64,000 bases of DNA from Octopus sinensis (GCF_006345805.1 NC_042999.1:56482001-56546000), one strand, 5' to 3'; numbered from the stretch's first letter, positions 25,401 to 39,363 are shown. The notes: a model not told the origin generated them from the sequence alone. Program-made: numbers and translations.

Positions 25401-27743
25401 ATTTTTGGTTGTTACCTCAGCACCCCTGTCAGAAATAGCTTATTTGAGGTGTATTTTCAATTTGGATAGCTGCTATTCTTATATTAAAGGGTGGTGAGTT
25501 GCCGGAATCTTTAGTACACCAAGGGGCATTTCACATGTTTTTACATTCTGGGTTCAAATTACATCAAGCTTGATTTTGCCGTTCATCCTTTCAGGCTCGC
25601 TAAAATAAGTACCAGTATAACACTGGGGTTCATGTAATCAACTTACCCCTCCCTTAAAATTGCTGGCCTTGTGCCAAAATTTGGAACCCATTATTATAAG
25701 GCAGTAGTTTATGGCTTTCTTCCATAAAGTATCATATTGGTATTCTTTTCATCATGCAGTTCTCAAAGCTAAATATCCCCTTTCAAATGAGTGGGGTTGT
25801 AAGGAAGAGCAAGGCAGTTTTATGTTAAGAGATGATGGTTTAGTGTAAGAGAAGGGGCCAGAACAGGTTTCTTGCTGTAGGGAAGCTACTCACATTATAA
25901 AAGAGAGGAGGGTAAAAGTGGCCAATGTAGGGCTAGAAAGAAATAATAGCAGGGGTGGGGTAAAGGTATCTGTGTGGACCCTCAAGATATAAGGTAAGTA
26001 AATGTAGCTGATGGCAGAACAGGAAACATGACAAGGTAGTGGTTATAAGATTGTATGGGAGAGGGTGAATATAATTATTTCTTTATTGCCCACAGGGGGG
26101 ACAAACAAAGGGATTAAGTTGATTACATTGGCCCCAGAGTGTAACTGGTACTTATTTAATCAACCCTGAAAGGATGAAAGGCAAAGTTGACCCTGGAGGA
26201 ATCTAAACTCAGAACATAATGGCAGACGAAATACCGCCAAGTTTTTTGCCATTTGCTAACAATTCTGCCAGCTCACCGCCCTAAGAGGATGAATATAATG
26301 AAGAGTGATATAGGGAAGAATAGGGGACAACTGTAAAGATTGGATAGGGTTGAGGTGGGGGTGACCCATGATACATATTAGTTGGGGTATTGGGGAGAGG
26401 AGATGACTGACAGTGCAGAAAGAGGATGGTGGAGAGATGCAGAATAGGAATTGTGTGGTGTGTATGAGAACTTCCATATAAACTCAGCATGGAGGGTAAT
26501 TTAATTTAATTTTTTTTTTTTTTTTTACTCTTTGAATACTTTTTAATTTAATTTTAAAGTAATAAAGGTTTTTCATTTTGAAAGTTAGTATTTGTTTCAT
26601 TTTGTGTAAATATGAAATAACTTGTTAAAAGTTAATTTATAATTTTGGAATTGTGGGTTTTTCGGCACATCATAAAGCTCTAAAGAATAGCATCTAAATA
26701 TTGGATATATTTCACATTCTCTTAAAAGTTTATAAAATTCTTAGATTATAATTATTGTATGCCATATTTCTTTTTATTCGTATGATAGGAAAAGTATATT
26801 TCTAAAGTTACCTGTTATATGATGGGTAGCACCCTGTTATATTTAAATTCTGCTACAGTTTTGACGTTTGCTGTTCGTGTTTCTAAGAAGTATAAAATCT
26901 AATAGCTAAGTCTGTTAATAGAATCTTTTAAATTTAAACTTTTTTTGAGCTTAAAACAGGAAATACTACATTCTTTGAAACCATGGAAATATGTTTGGGT
27001 GATCATTCCAAATGGGAAGGCTAATTAGAACTTTTGTTTACATACCATGATCTGTTATTTCTGTTACTTTAATGGACAAAGGCATTTAATTTGACCGTTT
27101 GTAGGAATTTTGTGATTAGTTAATTTAAATTACTGTCAGGATTTAATTATGCCATTTAACTGACCAAAGTATCGGAGTGAGTCTTAGAATTTTTAATGTT
27201 GACTGAAAATTTCCCATAAATACAATGGAATTTCACTTCATCGCTGGGTAAAAACAATTTATGGCATTGTGTGTTTAATGTTCAATTATAAGGTAGTAAG
27301 AAAGAGTTGAATTGGAAAGAAAGTTTAATGCAATTTTGTAATGGTGGTGGTGGTGGTGGTGGATGGTTGAATTCCAAGAGGATCAGATTAAAGGTATCAA
27401 AGAATTTGGTTACAGAGTTGAAATTCCGCCAAGCTTCATTTCGCCTTACTTTCTTCCAGATATAAAATATCTGGTAGACAGATACTGCAAGAAGCCTACC
27501 TTATATACATACTTGTGTGTGTGTGTGTGTGTGTGTACCCTTGCTTAGATGTTACCTGATGATTGTAAATGACCCTCATTGTCGTACAAGTGAGGTTGTT
27601 TCAAGTCCTCTGTGAAAACCTGTCTGGCCATGGGGGAAATATTACTTTGCTTGCGAACAGGTGAGGGTTGGCATTAAGAAGGGCATCTAACCATAAATCT
27701 ACCTTAATGTTTTGACTCATGCAAGCTTGGACATTAAATGGCA

Positions 27744-27776
<33 letters not shown>

Positions 27777-28236
27777 TTCATAGTATCTTGATAGGGTCAT
27801 TATACCAGTTAAGTAATCGATTATTTGATTAATCCTTAGGTCAATCAATCAGTTAAGTTCGTCACTCCTTCCGTTGCCATTTGTGACCTCATCAATATGT
27901 TCCCTTTACTTGGTCTGTCTGTCACCTCTTAAACACCAAATACAAAACCAGCACACAAACAACTTTTTTGTTTTAAGTATGTGTATATATACCCATGTAG
28001 TTATGCATGGTTGTACTGGAGCGTTTGTATGTTTGTGTATATATATATATATACATAAATTTGTCTTTTAGCGACAACAGTTACGGTTTGATACAAGACT
28101 AAAAAAAAAAATCTATTTATTATAGATTGTGTGGAGAGAGGAAATCTATGTACTTAGTGTGTTCTATTGCACAGCTATATTTACTGCAGGCTATTATTAA
28201 TACTCTATGCATAATGTATTTGACCTATTTCCACAT

Positions 28237-28267
<31 letters not shown>

Positions 28268-28492
28268 CATACATATATATATTATATGCACCAGCTGGCG
28301 TCAGCTTCACTAAATTTTTATTTATTTTGTTTTTTGTTATTGTCAATGCAAGTAGGTAATTCTCATGTGATGATTTCTTTGTTCCATAATTTTCTGCATC
28401 CTTGGTTGTTTGGTTCTAAGAAAGTCAAGATATATTATTCTGCAGTTAGTCTGGTTTAGCATTTTAGATATTTGGTCTAAGAGACAGATTAA

Positions 28493-29067
28493 TCCCTTTG
28501 TTAGTATATTTCTATTGAAATACACAACCTTTGTAAATTAACGAAGAATTTTAGTAGAATAACATTTGTCCTGATTAAGTTGGTGTTTGGAACTTAAATT
28601 TTGATGATCTTTAGCCCTTTTGTTACCGTATTTCTGTTGAAATACGCCGCCTTTGTTTCAATTTCGAAAATAATCCAGATTTTAGAAACCTGTCTGCCAT
28701 TGAATGGTTTCGTAATACGAAATTTTGATGGAAGATTTTAATTTAGAATAATTGTAACCCTTTAGCATTCAGATTTCTTTGTCAAATATAATGCTTATTA
28801 GTTATTCACATTGTTTTTAATTAACCTTGCATCATCTTCTAGCTTTCAGTGATGTGATTCTTTTATTTGTTTGTCATTTGGCTGCGGCCATGCTGGAGCA
28901 TCCCTTTTATATTTTTAGAATGATATTGTAGGGGGTGCAAGAGGCCAGATCTGGTCAATTTTCACATGAAACAGGTAGAGTATTTGGACCAGATATGGCC
29001 AATTTAAATTCTAAATGGTTAAAGAGAAATTTTTTTATCGTAGAACCGGGGGCAGTCTGAGGAAAAG
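28493..29067. mobile_element. Stack of TTAA-type MITEs (family C partial, plus family C with a nested family B copy)
   Basis: Successive ccct(t)t starts at 28493, 28615 and 28758, each after a TTAA-like site; closing ends at 29018 and about 29067. Confidence 0.65.
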
Positions 29068-30735
29068 TTAAGACAAGAAATTTATGATGTAGAACCAAAA
29101 GTGATTTCAAGCAGATTGCTATTACTTTTCTCAATGTTGTTTTAAACTCAGATTAGTCTTAATCAATCTGACCTATGATCTAAGGCATGCCAACTGTGAC
29201 CACTCTTCAGTTTTGTTAAAGTATATACCTAGGACTACTTTATTCAGTCATTTTTTAAGGTTTATCTCTACAGATTTTCTATAGAAATTTAGCCAGCATC
29301 TGCATATGTCTAATGTTAATAATGCCATCAAAGATGGAAAAATAGGTAATGGGGGTATATGCATATTTCAAGACTTATTGCTCTTTCGTCAGCACCACAA
29401 ACCCATTGCTTAAATAGTTACTAGAAGATATTGCAGTATAACATTAGGGGATAGACCAATTTTACATGACAGCTGGTATGTACATATTTATTACTTGTAG
29501 GGACACTGTGTTTTGTTATGCAGCCATAATATGCTACAAAGTATATTAAACGCTTTATAAGAAAATACTGTGCCTTACCACATTAAGAACAAATTAAATT
29601 TGTAAACTGAGGTTCCACTGTGTGTGTGTATGTAATTATAATCATGGGAAAATTGTAATTTTTAATCTAACAGTAATATTTCTCCTTTTTACTCGAGTTT
29701 TCCTTTTTTTTCACAGTATTTGGTTGTTACTTGGCTTAACAGTGGCACCTCTGTTAGATTTGAATTTGAATTAACATCCATAAACTCAATGTTACCAATC
29801 ACAAATCTTTGTCAGAAATTGGAGTATACAAACGTATTGATTATAGCATCTGAGAGAAAATTATTTTGTTACTCTCCTGTATATATTAATTTTAGTTTCA
29901 TAGGTAGGCACTGGATTTGAAATATTTTAAAGGCAAAATAGAGGATTTCATATTTCTTGTTCCTTTCTTGGGGTCATGAATGACCTCAGTCAAGTAGTTG
30001 TCTTGGGATCAAAAACCCTATCTTGTTGAAGCTATTATTTGCTATTATAAAGGACAAATTGTTTTAGATTTATGAAGTTGTAACATCTTATATTTTATAG
30101 AGAAAAACAACTTGTTTTAAATCTCTGAGTGAGAGATATACAATAACAGTACAAAATAGTAATGTTTATATGCCAACAGAACATGGCAGTCATAAAGGAC
30201 GATATTACTGTTGTTATAGCCCCCAGGAAAACATTTTTTCCAGCTAGCTATCAACACAGTCCGTATTCATATAGTATTCGCAAGGGAGGTCATTGCTCCC
30301 ATTATATTGTAGTTTATTACAAATCAAAAGTTTTCATTTAGTTGTTTCAGTCATAGGACTGCAACCATGCTGGAGCAACACCTTGAAGAGTTTAGTTAAT
30401 TATATCTTCAGTATTATATTTTTAAAGTCTGATACTTATTCTGTTGGTCGCTTTTGGCGAATTGCTAAGTTACAGGAATCTAAACAAACTAACACCAATT
30501 GTTATGAGATGTGAGGACAAATGGATGTGTGTGCACACGAATATATGATGGGCTTCTACAGTTTCACTCACATGGTATTTTTCAGCCTGGGGCTATATTA
30601 GAAGTCAGTTGCCCAAGGTGCTATGCTGTAGGACTGGATCCAAAACCAGACAAATTTTTTCCCATTTCCCATTTTTATTTCTATACTGTTGTAATATCTT
30701 TATGACTAATGAGGTTTTTTTTTTTTATTTTTCAG

Positions 30736-30809
30736 GGCAACCATCTTGAGCGAAGTTCAGTCAAGTTCAGCTTCTAAGTTATCCAACATTAAATCAGTCC
30801 TTGTAATTG
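30736..30809 (+). CDS. DYNC1LI: Cytoplasmic dynein-1 light intermediate chain, internal exon (probably exon 2), 74 bp
   Basis: Poly-T/ttcag acceptor and gtttgt donor. Translates (W)ATILSEVQSSSASKLSNIKSVLVI(G), matching the LIC motif W-S-x-I-L-x-E-V...KLP-x-x-K-x-VLVLG recalled for Drosophila/vertebrate LIC. Its phase-1 end joins the next exon in frame. Not in the ORF track. Confidence 0.93.
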
Positions 30810-30904
30810 GTTTGTATCCTTTATTATATTTACTGTCATAATTGAAACTTTTGTTACATGCTTTTTTTTTATATATAAGAATCTATTATTAGTTTGTTTG
30901 ACGA

Positions 30905-31135
30905 TGACCAAGGACATCACATGGGAGAAAATAACTAGGCATGCTGTGTCCAGCTGTGACCAATCGGTCCAATGCATGCTCAGAAGGTTCTGGTCTTAAA
31001 GTAATTTGTGTTTTCTTTGCACCTCTGCAATCCTGTCCTGTGTTGGTTTAGGAGAGGTATTAAGGCTGGCTGCCAAGGTGTACCAAGCAATTGTACTGCC
31101 TAAGCTACTGTACAGTCGGCAAGACTTGAATGATT
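30905..31135 (+). mobile_element. Degraded RTE-like LINE fragment
   Basis: KVYQAIVLPKLLYS resembles the RTE motif K-x-x-VY-x-A-x-VL-x-x-LLYG; otherwise decayed. Confidence 0.45.
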
Positions 31136-32687
31136 TACGAATACTCCCCCCCCCCGGAAAAACCCCAAAGAATCTAAAGAAGTATCAATTACAAATATCA
31201 GTTATAACTTTCAATGTTGTTGCGTTGGTTAATAAAGCAGCAGACATTTGTATTAGTAGTGTAATGTTGAATTAATTCTGGCTAGAAAAAAAAATTTGTA
31301 GATCATCTTCACTTTTCCATGCTAGCATGGGTTGAATGGAGTTTATTGACAGATTTTCTATGGCCAGATACCATTCCTGTCACCATTGCTCACTTGTTTC
31401 TAAATAACATTTCTTCATGGCTGGGCATGTTTGTGCAGACTATTGGAATAAGTGACACTGCTTGTATGATGGTGACACTGACAATTATCAAAACTATCAC
31501 ATAATGTCTAGTCAAGGAGATGCAAACATACATACACACATGCACCGAAATCATTTGTCTGTTTTCCATGCTGGCATAGGTTGGACGTTTAACAGGAGCG
31601 GGCAGGGCCAGGAGTCACACCATAGTCTGTTTTGGCAAGGTTTCTACAGCTGTATGCCCTTCCTAATGCCAACTACTTTACTGAGTGTACTCGGTGCTTT
31701 TTTACATAGCACCATCATTGACAGGTTCACCAAGTCCCTTGTTAGACAAGAACCCCTCAACTGGGAATGGGGGAATACTATTGAGTGCCATTTGAGGTCT
31801 TTGAAGTAGAGAGGGGACAGATATAGATATCTTGCTATAGAGTAGGTACATAGATACCCCAGATGGAAACGTATGTATGATGGACTTCTTTTCAGTGTCT
31901 GCCTTCCAAATCCGCTTATAGGGCTTTGGTCAGTTGGGACTCAGGGTTAGTGGAAGACGTTACTCTAATGTATTCACATGGTGGGAGTGAACCGAAAACC
32001 ATGTAGTAAGGAAGCAGACTTCTTAACCATGCCTGTGCCTATAGATGAAGGCCTAAAAATGCTTGTTTCTAAGCAACACTATTAAAATCTAACAGAAAAA
32101 CAAATGTAAAAGAAAGTGCACAAAAATGCTTTATCTTAGGAGTGTTTGTTAAACCGGTTTGCTTGGTATCACATTTTGGCATTCTTCCATATATAGAGCA
32201 TACCGTATTGAAGTAGGTGAGCTTTCTTATGTTGTCGAGAGTATAAACTGGTGGTAATATTTTATTATCGAAATAGATCTGCTCTTAAAGACTTATCTGA
32301 CCCAAAGTTAAAGCAATCCCTCTTTTCTTTGCCATTCAGTTTATTAGTTCTCCCAATTCTAACTTTATATATGACAATAGATAAGAATTTAGATTTCAAG
32401 CCTGAGGTTTGTGTCTGAGGAAATTGCTGGAGTAGTAAAGCTTTCTTTCTAGTTGTTTTTTTCTTTTTTTTTCTCTGTCTATTAACCTCATTTTTTGTGT
32501 ACTATTTGTTATTATTTTGGTGAACCATCTCCTGAATATATATAGAGGCACCAACACGACTGTGTGCTTAAGTTTGCTCCCCACCCATAAGGCTTTGGGT
32601 TTAATCCCACTGTGTGGCACGTTGGGCAAATGTCTTCTCCTGCCCCTTTGTGAATGGATTTGATAGATGGAAACCGAAAGAAGCCCA

Positions 32688-32720
<33 letters not shown>

Positions 32721-33573
32721 GTGTGTGTGTGTGTGTGTGAGAGAGAGAGTATTTGTCTCCTTGTCCTGACCCATGATAGTTATAAATAAGTGTCACTATC
32801 TTACAAGCTGTATCATTCATTTCCAGTATTCTGAGAAAATGGGTGTGGGTTGGTGACAGGAAGGGTATCCAGCCATAGAAAATATGCTTCAACAAATTCC
32901 ATCAGACTCTTGTTGGCATAGACAATGGATGTTGAAACAATATCTTTTGGCTACAATTGAACTGAGACACAAGATAGTCTTAAAAATCTTAGGCTAGACA
33001 GAACCATTCTAGGTTCCAACTTTTCGTAAAAACAATATATATTGATTTATGTAGATCACATGTCTTTTATATATAGTTTCATCATTGTTTTAACTTCCAC
33101 TTTTCCATGCTTGCTTGGGTAAAACAGAATTCTTTGAGGTAGAATTTCTACATAATTTATAGCATTGCCACAAGGTCATATTTGGTGAAAGGTTGTAGTT
33201 GAGAGATCTACCTTGTATTTATGTTATCAATTCTGAAAGAATGAGAAGCAAAGTTGAGTTTGGAGAAGGATTTGAACTTGGAATGTAACCAAATACTTTA
33301 GATGATTAAGGAATCGATCACAGTATATTGTGGATAGAAATAACATAAGATCAATAACCTGGAAATCAGTACTACTTACAGTATTAACTCCTTGCTAATT
33401 TGTATATGGAATCTAACTTCACAAAATATGTTTTTCTTAATATATCTGAAAATGAATGGAGTTAGAATCATGAAAATTTGTGAAAATGGCAGTAAAATGT
33501 TGGTATTTGGGTGTGGTTTGTCAAAATTAGGATTTCATCTGTATATTTAATGCTTTTTTTTTTTATATTTCAG

Positions 33574-33690
33574 GTGACACAGAATCTGGTAAAACCACAT
33601 TAATTGCAAAATTGCAAGGCAATGAGGACCCTAAAAAAGGTGCTGGTTTGGAATATTACCATATTGATGTCAAAGATGAATACAGAGATG
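33574..33690 (+). CDS. DYNC1LI: DYNC1LI internal exon with P-loop, 117 bp
   Basis: tttcag acceptor, gtaatg donor. Translates (G)DTESGKTTLIAKLQGNEDPKKGAGLEYYHIDVKDEYRD(D): Walker A GxxxxGKT plus the LIC signature KKGxGLEY. Confidence 0.97.
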
Positions 33691-33907
33691 GTAATGTCTT
33701 GGTTGTTTTGTTTCAATTTTATGAAATTAATATATTTTTTTTTGTAGTCTTTTGTTCCAAGTTAATTTCTAATTAGCACAGAGACTGTATTAAATGTCAT
33801 TAATTAAAACAAACTATCGCACTGGACTTCTATGACTGTTATGGCAGGATTTTTACAGCGGGATGCCCTTCCTAACACCAACCACTCAGCAGATTGGACT
33901 TAGTGCT

Positions 33908-34012
33908 TTTCCCCAAGACACCTGAAGAAGGCTGGAGGGTATATCAGCTGAAACGTGTTAACAACAAACAAGATAAGGACAAATATCTGTCGAATGTAAA
34001 TACTGTAAATAA
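33908..34012 (+). mobile_element. Penelope-like/hammerhead-bearing short repeat, 5' truncated
   Basis: ccccaagacacctgaagaaggctggagggtatatcagctgaaacgtgttaacaacaaacaagataaggacaaatatc; collinear with the 56.5-kb copy. Confidence 0.75.
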
Positions 34013-34434
34013 AGATGGTGTATTTCAACAGAAATAGGGTTATGGAGGAGATAAATTGGCTTTGTAAGCTAACCTTGGCTGTAGTTGCTATTTTCATTTA
34101 TTTGTTTATGCTATTACACTTAGAGAAGGCATGAACATCTCAACTTGTAACCATTTATAAAGTCCTAGAAATGGCTCTAATTGTCATCAGTAATATCTTG
34201 TTTTCAGGTGGCCCCACAATGAAGCAATAGCACTCGTTTGACAGTAAAACAAAGTAACATTGTTATAAGTATTATATGTATGTGTAATTTATATCTTGAA
34301 GATATATTTCTTTGTAACATGAACAAGTTGCAAGTAAAAGAATCTAAGTTATCTGGGTAATTTGTATTGATGGAAATATGAAGAAATAAACAACTGTTTG
34401 TTTATGGTCAGCAAAAACATGAATCTATTTAATC

Positions 34435-34925
34435 ATCATCATTTAACATCCGTTGTCCATGCTGGCATGGGTTGGATGGTTTGACTGGGCTGGCACACTG
34501 GAAGGGTGCACCAGTTTGATTTGGCATGGTTTTCTACAGCTGGGTGCCTTTCCTAATGCCAACCACTCTGAGAGTGTAATGGGTGCTTTTAGGTGCCACA
34601 GGCATGACACTGGGTCACATTTATGTGCCAATTTGCGTGACACCGGTATGTCTCGACTGCTATTTTGCTCAGCTTGATGGGTCTTTTTCTCAAGCACAAC
34701 ATAATGCCAAAGGTCTTGGTCATTGCCTCCATGAGGCCCAACGTTCAAGATATTCTTTATGTGCCAGCATGGGTGTACTTGGCTTGACAGGCCCTCTCAA
34801 GCACAGCATATCACCAAAGGTCTCGGTCACTAGTCATTGCCTCCATAAGGCCCCAAGTTCAAAGATTATGCTTCATCACCTTGTCCCATGTCTTCTTGGG
34901 TCTACCTCTACCACAGGTTCCCTCC
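34435..34925 (-). mobile_element. RTE 3' end with a duplicated ORF-end segment
   Basis: UTR core plus two copies of the tctcaagcaca.cata...ccaaaggtct.ggtca segment; RGRPKKTWD on the minus strand. Confidence 0.8.
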
Positions 34926-36797
34926 ACAGTTAGAGGAGTGACGGAGAGAGGCAATAAAAGCAGGGTTATAGTGAGAGCCAGTTATGAGATAATGGGGGAG
35001 AGAGGTACTAATGAGAGCTATAAATTTACTGGTAAGAGAGAAAGAGATAGAACAAGTGGTGGATAGTTGTAGAAATGGTCGCTGAGATGACAGTGACAGT
35101 AAAAGTGTGACTCTAGATGGAGATAGGTGGTAGGCAGCATAGACAGGTATATTTGCTGGTAAGAGGAAGTAGATGGGTATTCATATAAATGTTTGATGCT
35201 AAGATACTGTGGAAATTGGTGGTTTTGGTGTAGTGAATAGAGATGAGAGGGTATTGAATAGGTTAGAGGGTCAGAAGATGGAGACATAACTCTTCTGTTA
35301 CCATATTTTTATTGAAATACACTGCTTTCATTTCAATGATTTTGAAAATAATGATTTTAATAAACTATTAAGCTGGTATTTGGAACAGACTGTTGCCATG
35401 CCCCAGCATGGCCACAGTCTAATGACCAAAAACAAGTGAAAAAGAATGAAATCTTGAAAAGTTTTAATTCAGATGACTTTACCAGAAGTTATCAAAGAAT
35501 ATGGGGTGATCTCAAGCAGGATAATATAAAAAATATTGTGTTCAAACTGGACTAGAGGCTCAGATGTGTGTATATAGAGACCCCCTTCAATCATGAATGA
35601 CCATGGAATTGCACCTAGAAAGTTCCCTCCCAAGGCACAAGCCCAAGCAAGGTTGTTTATGGAGGACCAGCAGTCACACATGCATACCAGCCTCCTTTCT
35701 CCATGCCACTGATGTTGTTAAGGCAAAGGCCAATACAGCTTGGCACCTGTAATGTTGCAATTAATTCCTTCAGCTGAGTGAACTGGAGCAAAGTGAAATA
35801 AAGTGTTTTGCTCAAGAACACAGCACAGAGCCCAGTCTGAGAATCAAACTCACTACCTCATGATTGTGAGCCTGATGCTCTAACCACTGAGCTATGCACC
35901 TTAATGTGTGTGTTTGTGTGTGTCTATCCCACCTTCCATCATGACCTCCATTCTGATGTCATTTTTTATAACCCAGACATATAGGTTCTAAACACTGGGG
36001 TACATATGGCATTAACAAAAATTTAAATATCCCTATTTTTGATCTGACATAAATGTAAAGTTGAAGATCTAAATGTTTATAGTAGTGCCGGTGGCACGTA
36101 AAATGCACCATCCGATCATGGTTGATGCCAGCCCCCTCTGACCCCTGTGCTGGTGGCATGTAAAAAAGCACCCACTATACTCTTGGAGTGGTTGGTGTTA
36201 AGAAGAGCATCCAGCTGTAGAAACACTGCAAGATCAGACTGGAGTCTGGTGCAGCCTCCTGGCTTCCCAGACCCCAGTCAAACCATCCAACCCATGCCAG
36301 CATGGAAAATAGACGTTAAATGATGATGATGATGATAAGCCAGTGATTATAGTTTGTTACTGCAAGTTAAGTTTGAATTTCTAATGAATTAGATTAACTG
36401 TTATTTAGTGTTTGGATGGCATTTTAAATTGACAACTTTCACTTTCAACAAAAGTATTATTTAGGTATATAATTAGTGATATTGAAAGACTTGACATTTA
36501 ATTAGTTCTATGGTTATATTCTGTATCATTGAGATTTAAATTGAAGAGTTTCACCAAATTCTCAGTGATATAGAAAAGGTTTTCTTTTCATAGAACTTTG
36601 GACTTAATATATTTAAATAGTTGTAATAAGAAGAATGTACAATTATTTTTTAATTAATCAAACTATGGTATAACACTTGAGATGGATTTAAAATATGAAT
36701 TTAAAACATGCTAGCTAATAAGTTGATAAAAGTCGAATAAGTTTAAAATTTTTTTTAATGAGAATTATGTACCATTAAAATAGTATGTTGTATATTA

Positions 36798-37180
36798 TTG
36801 TGGCACTCCATCAGTTATGACAACAAGGGTTCCAGTTGATCCAATCAATGGAACAGCTTGCTCGTGAAATTATTGTGCGAGTGGCTGAGCACTCCACAGA
36901 CATGTGTATCCTTAACGTAGTTCTCGGGGGAGATTCAGTGTGACACAGTGTGACATGGCTGGCCTTTTGACATACAGGTACAACAGAAACAGGAAGAAAG
37001 AGTGAGAGAAAGTTGTGGTGAAAGAGTACAACAGGGTTTGCCACCACCTCCTGCTGGAGCCTTGTGGAGCTTTAGGTGTTTTTGCTCAATAAACACTCAC
37101 AATGCCCGGTCTGGGAATTGAAACCGCAATCCTACAACTGCGAGTCCGCTGCCCTAACCACTGAGCCATTGCGCCTCCAC
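36798..37180 (-). mobile_element. tRNA-derived SINE, family D
   Basis: Reverse complement of the 61578-61956 element along its full length; head gtggaggcgcaatggctcagtggttagggcagcggactcgcag. Confidence 0.85.
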
Positions 37181-38325
37181 TATATTGTATATCAATAATT
37201 TATAATCAGCTATGTGGTGAAAGTGTCATGGTAGCCTATTTGAAATGTGTACATTTACATTCAATGAAACAATTGTATTGGAATTGTGTTAATGACCACA
37301 TCATAGATATACAACACTTTCTGGCTCTTTAAATATGTCACCTGCTTTTCTTCCTAGGTGCATCATTTCTTTGATTAGCTTCCTGTTAATCATCATTGTT
37401 TAATGTCTGCTTTCCATGCTGGCATGGATTGGACGGTCTGATATGGAGCTGTCCAGTCTCCAATTGTCTATTGTGGCATGGTTTCTATGGCTGGATACCC
37501 TTCCTAATGCCAACCACTTAACAGCGTGTGCAGGGTGCCTTTTACTTTCCACCAGCATGGGTGTGCTGCTTCTTTCCTTGAACTGTTGCTCTCTGGAACA
37601 TTGTCTTCTCCTCCTCTCATCTATGATATTTAGTCTTTTAAGTTTTCTGTCAGTTGGCAACTTCTGAATTTGTAGGCCCCTTCTTACAAAGTAAATCTAT
37701 GAATGTAAAGGTGTGTATGTGTCTGAGTTTAAAATTGGTAGGATGTTGAGCATTACAAATATAAAATTATGTATTCAATTCTTGAACTGGATAATACAAA
37801 CAATGTGTCCTTGATCAAGGCATTTCATTTCACATTATTCTGATTCACTCAGATGAAATTCATACCCGCCCAATGGTGGTGTAGCGTTCTCTTCAGCTGT
37901 TGCATCCTGATTGTTCTGTTGGGTGAAGGGTAGGAATGCCATGAGTGTGTCCGTCTACTTGCAACAACACAGGCACTTGGAAACAAAAACATCATTTAAC
38001 ATTTTTCCATGGGTTAGAGATAATTTGACCAGAGCTGTGCCAGGTTCCAACCTGATTTGACTTAGTTTCTATGGATAAATACCCTCCCTAACACCAATCA
38101 CTTCACAGTGTGCCAGGTGCTCCTTATGTGGCACCAGCACCAGTGTTTTTTTACGAAAGCTTGTTACATATTTACCAAGTCCTTCTTGATTCCAAGTGAT
38201 GGTTGTAGAAATGGTTTCATGATGAACTCTTGGTTTCAGATAAGTGATTTATCAAGTAATTGCAGCTCAGAAATAATACCCTTAATTTTTGTGTACTAAT
38301 TTTCATTTTGTTCTTTTGTCTTCAG

Positions 38326-38556
38326 ATCAAACACGTCTTGGTGCCTGGATCCTTGATGGGGACACACAGCATATAAATTTATTGAAATATGCTCTCACGG
38401 AAGAAAACTTCGCTCACACCTTAGTACTGTTGGTTGTATCAATGGCTCAGCCATGGAATATTATGGACTCGTTACAAAAATGGATTACAATACTTAGACA
38501 GCATATTGAAAAACTAAAGATTCCAAAGGATACTCGACACAAATATGAACAAAGTT
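38326..38556 (+). CDS. DYNC1LI: DYNC1LI internal exon, 231 bp
   Basis: cttcag acceptor, gtaagt donor. Translates (D)QTRLGAWILDGDTQHINLLKYALTEENFAHTLVLLVVSMAQPWNIMDSLQKWITILRQHIEKLKIPKDTRHKYEQS(L); contains LIC WILDGD and PW...DSLQKW motifs. Lies in ORF-track 38289..38564. Confidence 0.97.
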
Positions 38557-39363
38557 GTAAGTAGTGATGGTCACTTTCACTTTATTCGTTTGAATTTTAT
38601 GCAATCTATCATTTTATATCCAGGTGTGACTGTTAGGGTTTAGAAGTTTGCTTTCTAACTTCATGGTATTTTGGCCAGCCTAAACTTTGTGAAAGGATTT
38701 GGTAGATGGAAACTGAGTGAAGCCACTGTGTGTGTCTCCTTGTCTTGACATTGTATGACAGTTGTAAATGAGTGTCTTCATTTCCAAACATCATCATCAT
38801 CAAAAACAGAAGTAGTTTCTTGTTATAGGGTAGATACATAGCTTCTTGCATTATAGATGAGAGAGTGAAAGTGTCCAGGATTGAGTTGAAAAGAGAGAGA
38901 AATAGCAGCAAAGGTATGAAGTAAGAAATGAATGGGGTAGAACAGCAAGTGTGGGAGGGTAGTGGTTACAAGAGTGTATAGTAGAGTGAGTAATGGTTAG
39001 AAATGAAGAACGGGTGAGAGAGGAATATAATGAAGCATAAATATTGAAGGATGATTAATAGGTCCTAACATTTCAAAAGCCACTTTAAAACAAATATAAC
39101 AAAAGACAAAAAATTATGTGTGCAACAGCTTAATGCTTCGTATATGTTAATACTACAACCTGTAAAGACATATTACAAAGACATTATATGAAGTACAAGG
39201 CAGCCCTCATGTTGATGCAATGAAAGAAAAAATACCCAATCTGTGCAGTCTGTAAGGTGGTTGGTGAATCAAAACAAATAACTTTGGGTAAAGAGGCCCC
39301 TTTAATCTTGTCATGAACATAATCTATTTAGAACTGGTTGGCTGACAAAATGCACCTACTGTA

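Noticed and set aside
28330-28530. CR1-type RT fragment (IIYLDF on the minus strand)
   Set aside because: A single short motif with no supporting neighbouring RT motifs.
29717-29722. 6-nt micro-exon tatttg giving N-I-W before the 30736 exon
   Set aside because: The acceptor is strong but the donor (gttgtt) is very weak, and the conserved phase-2 junction needs no such exon.
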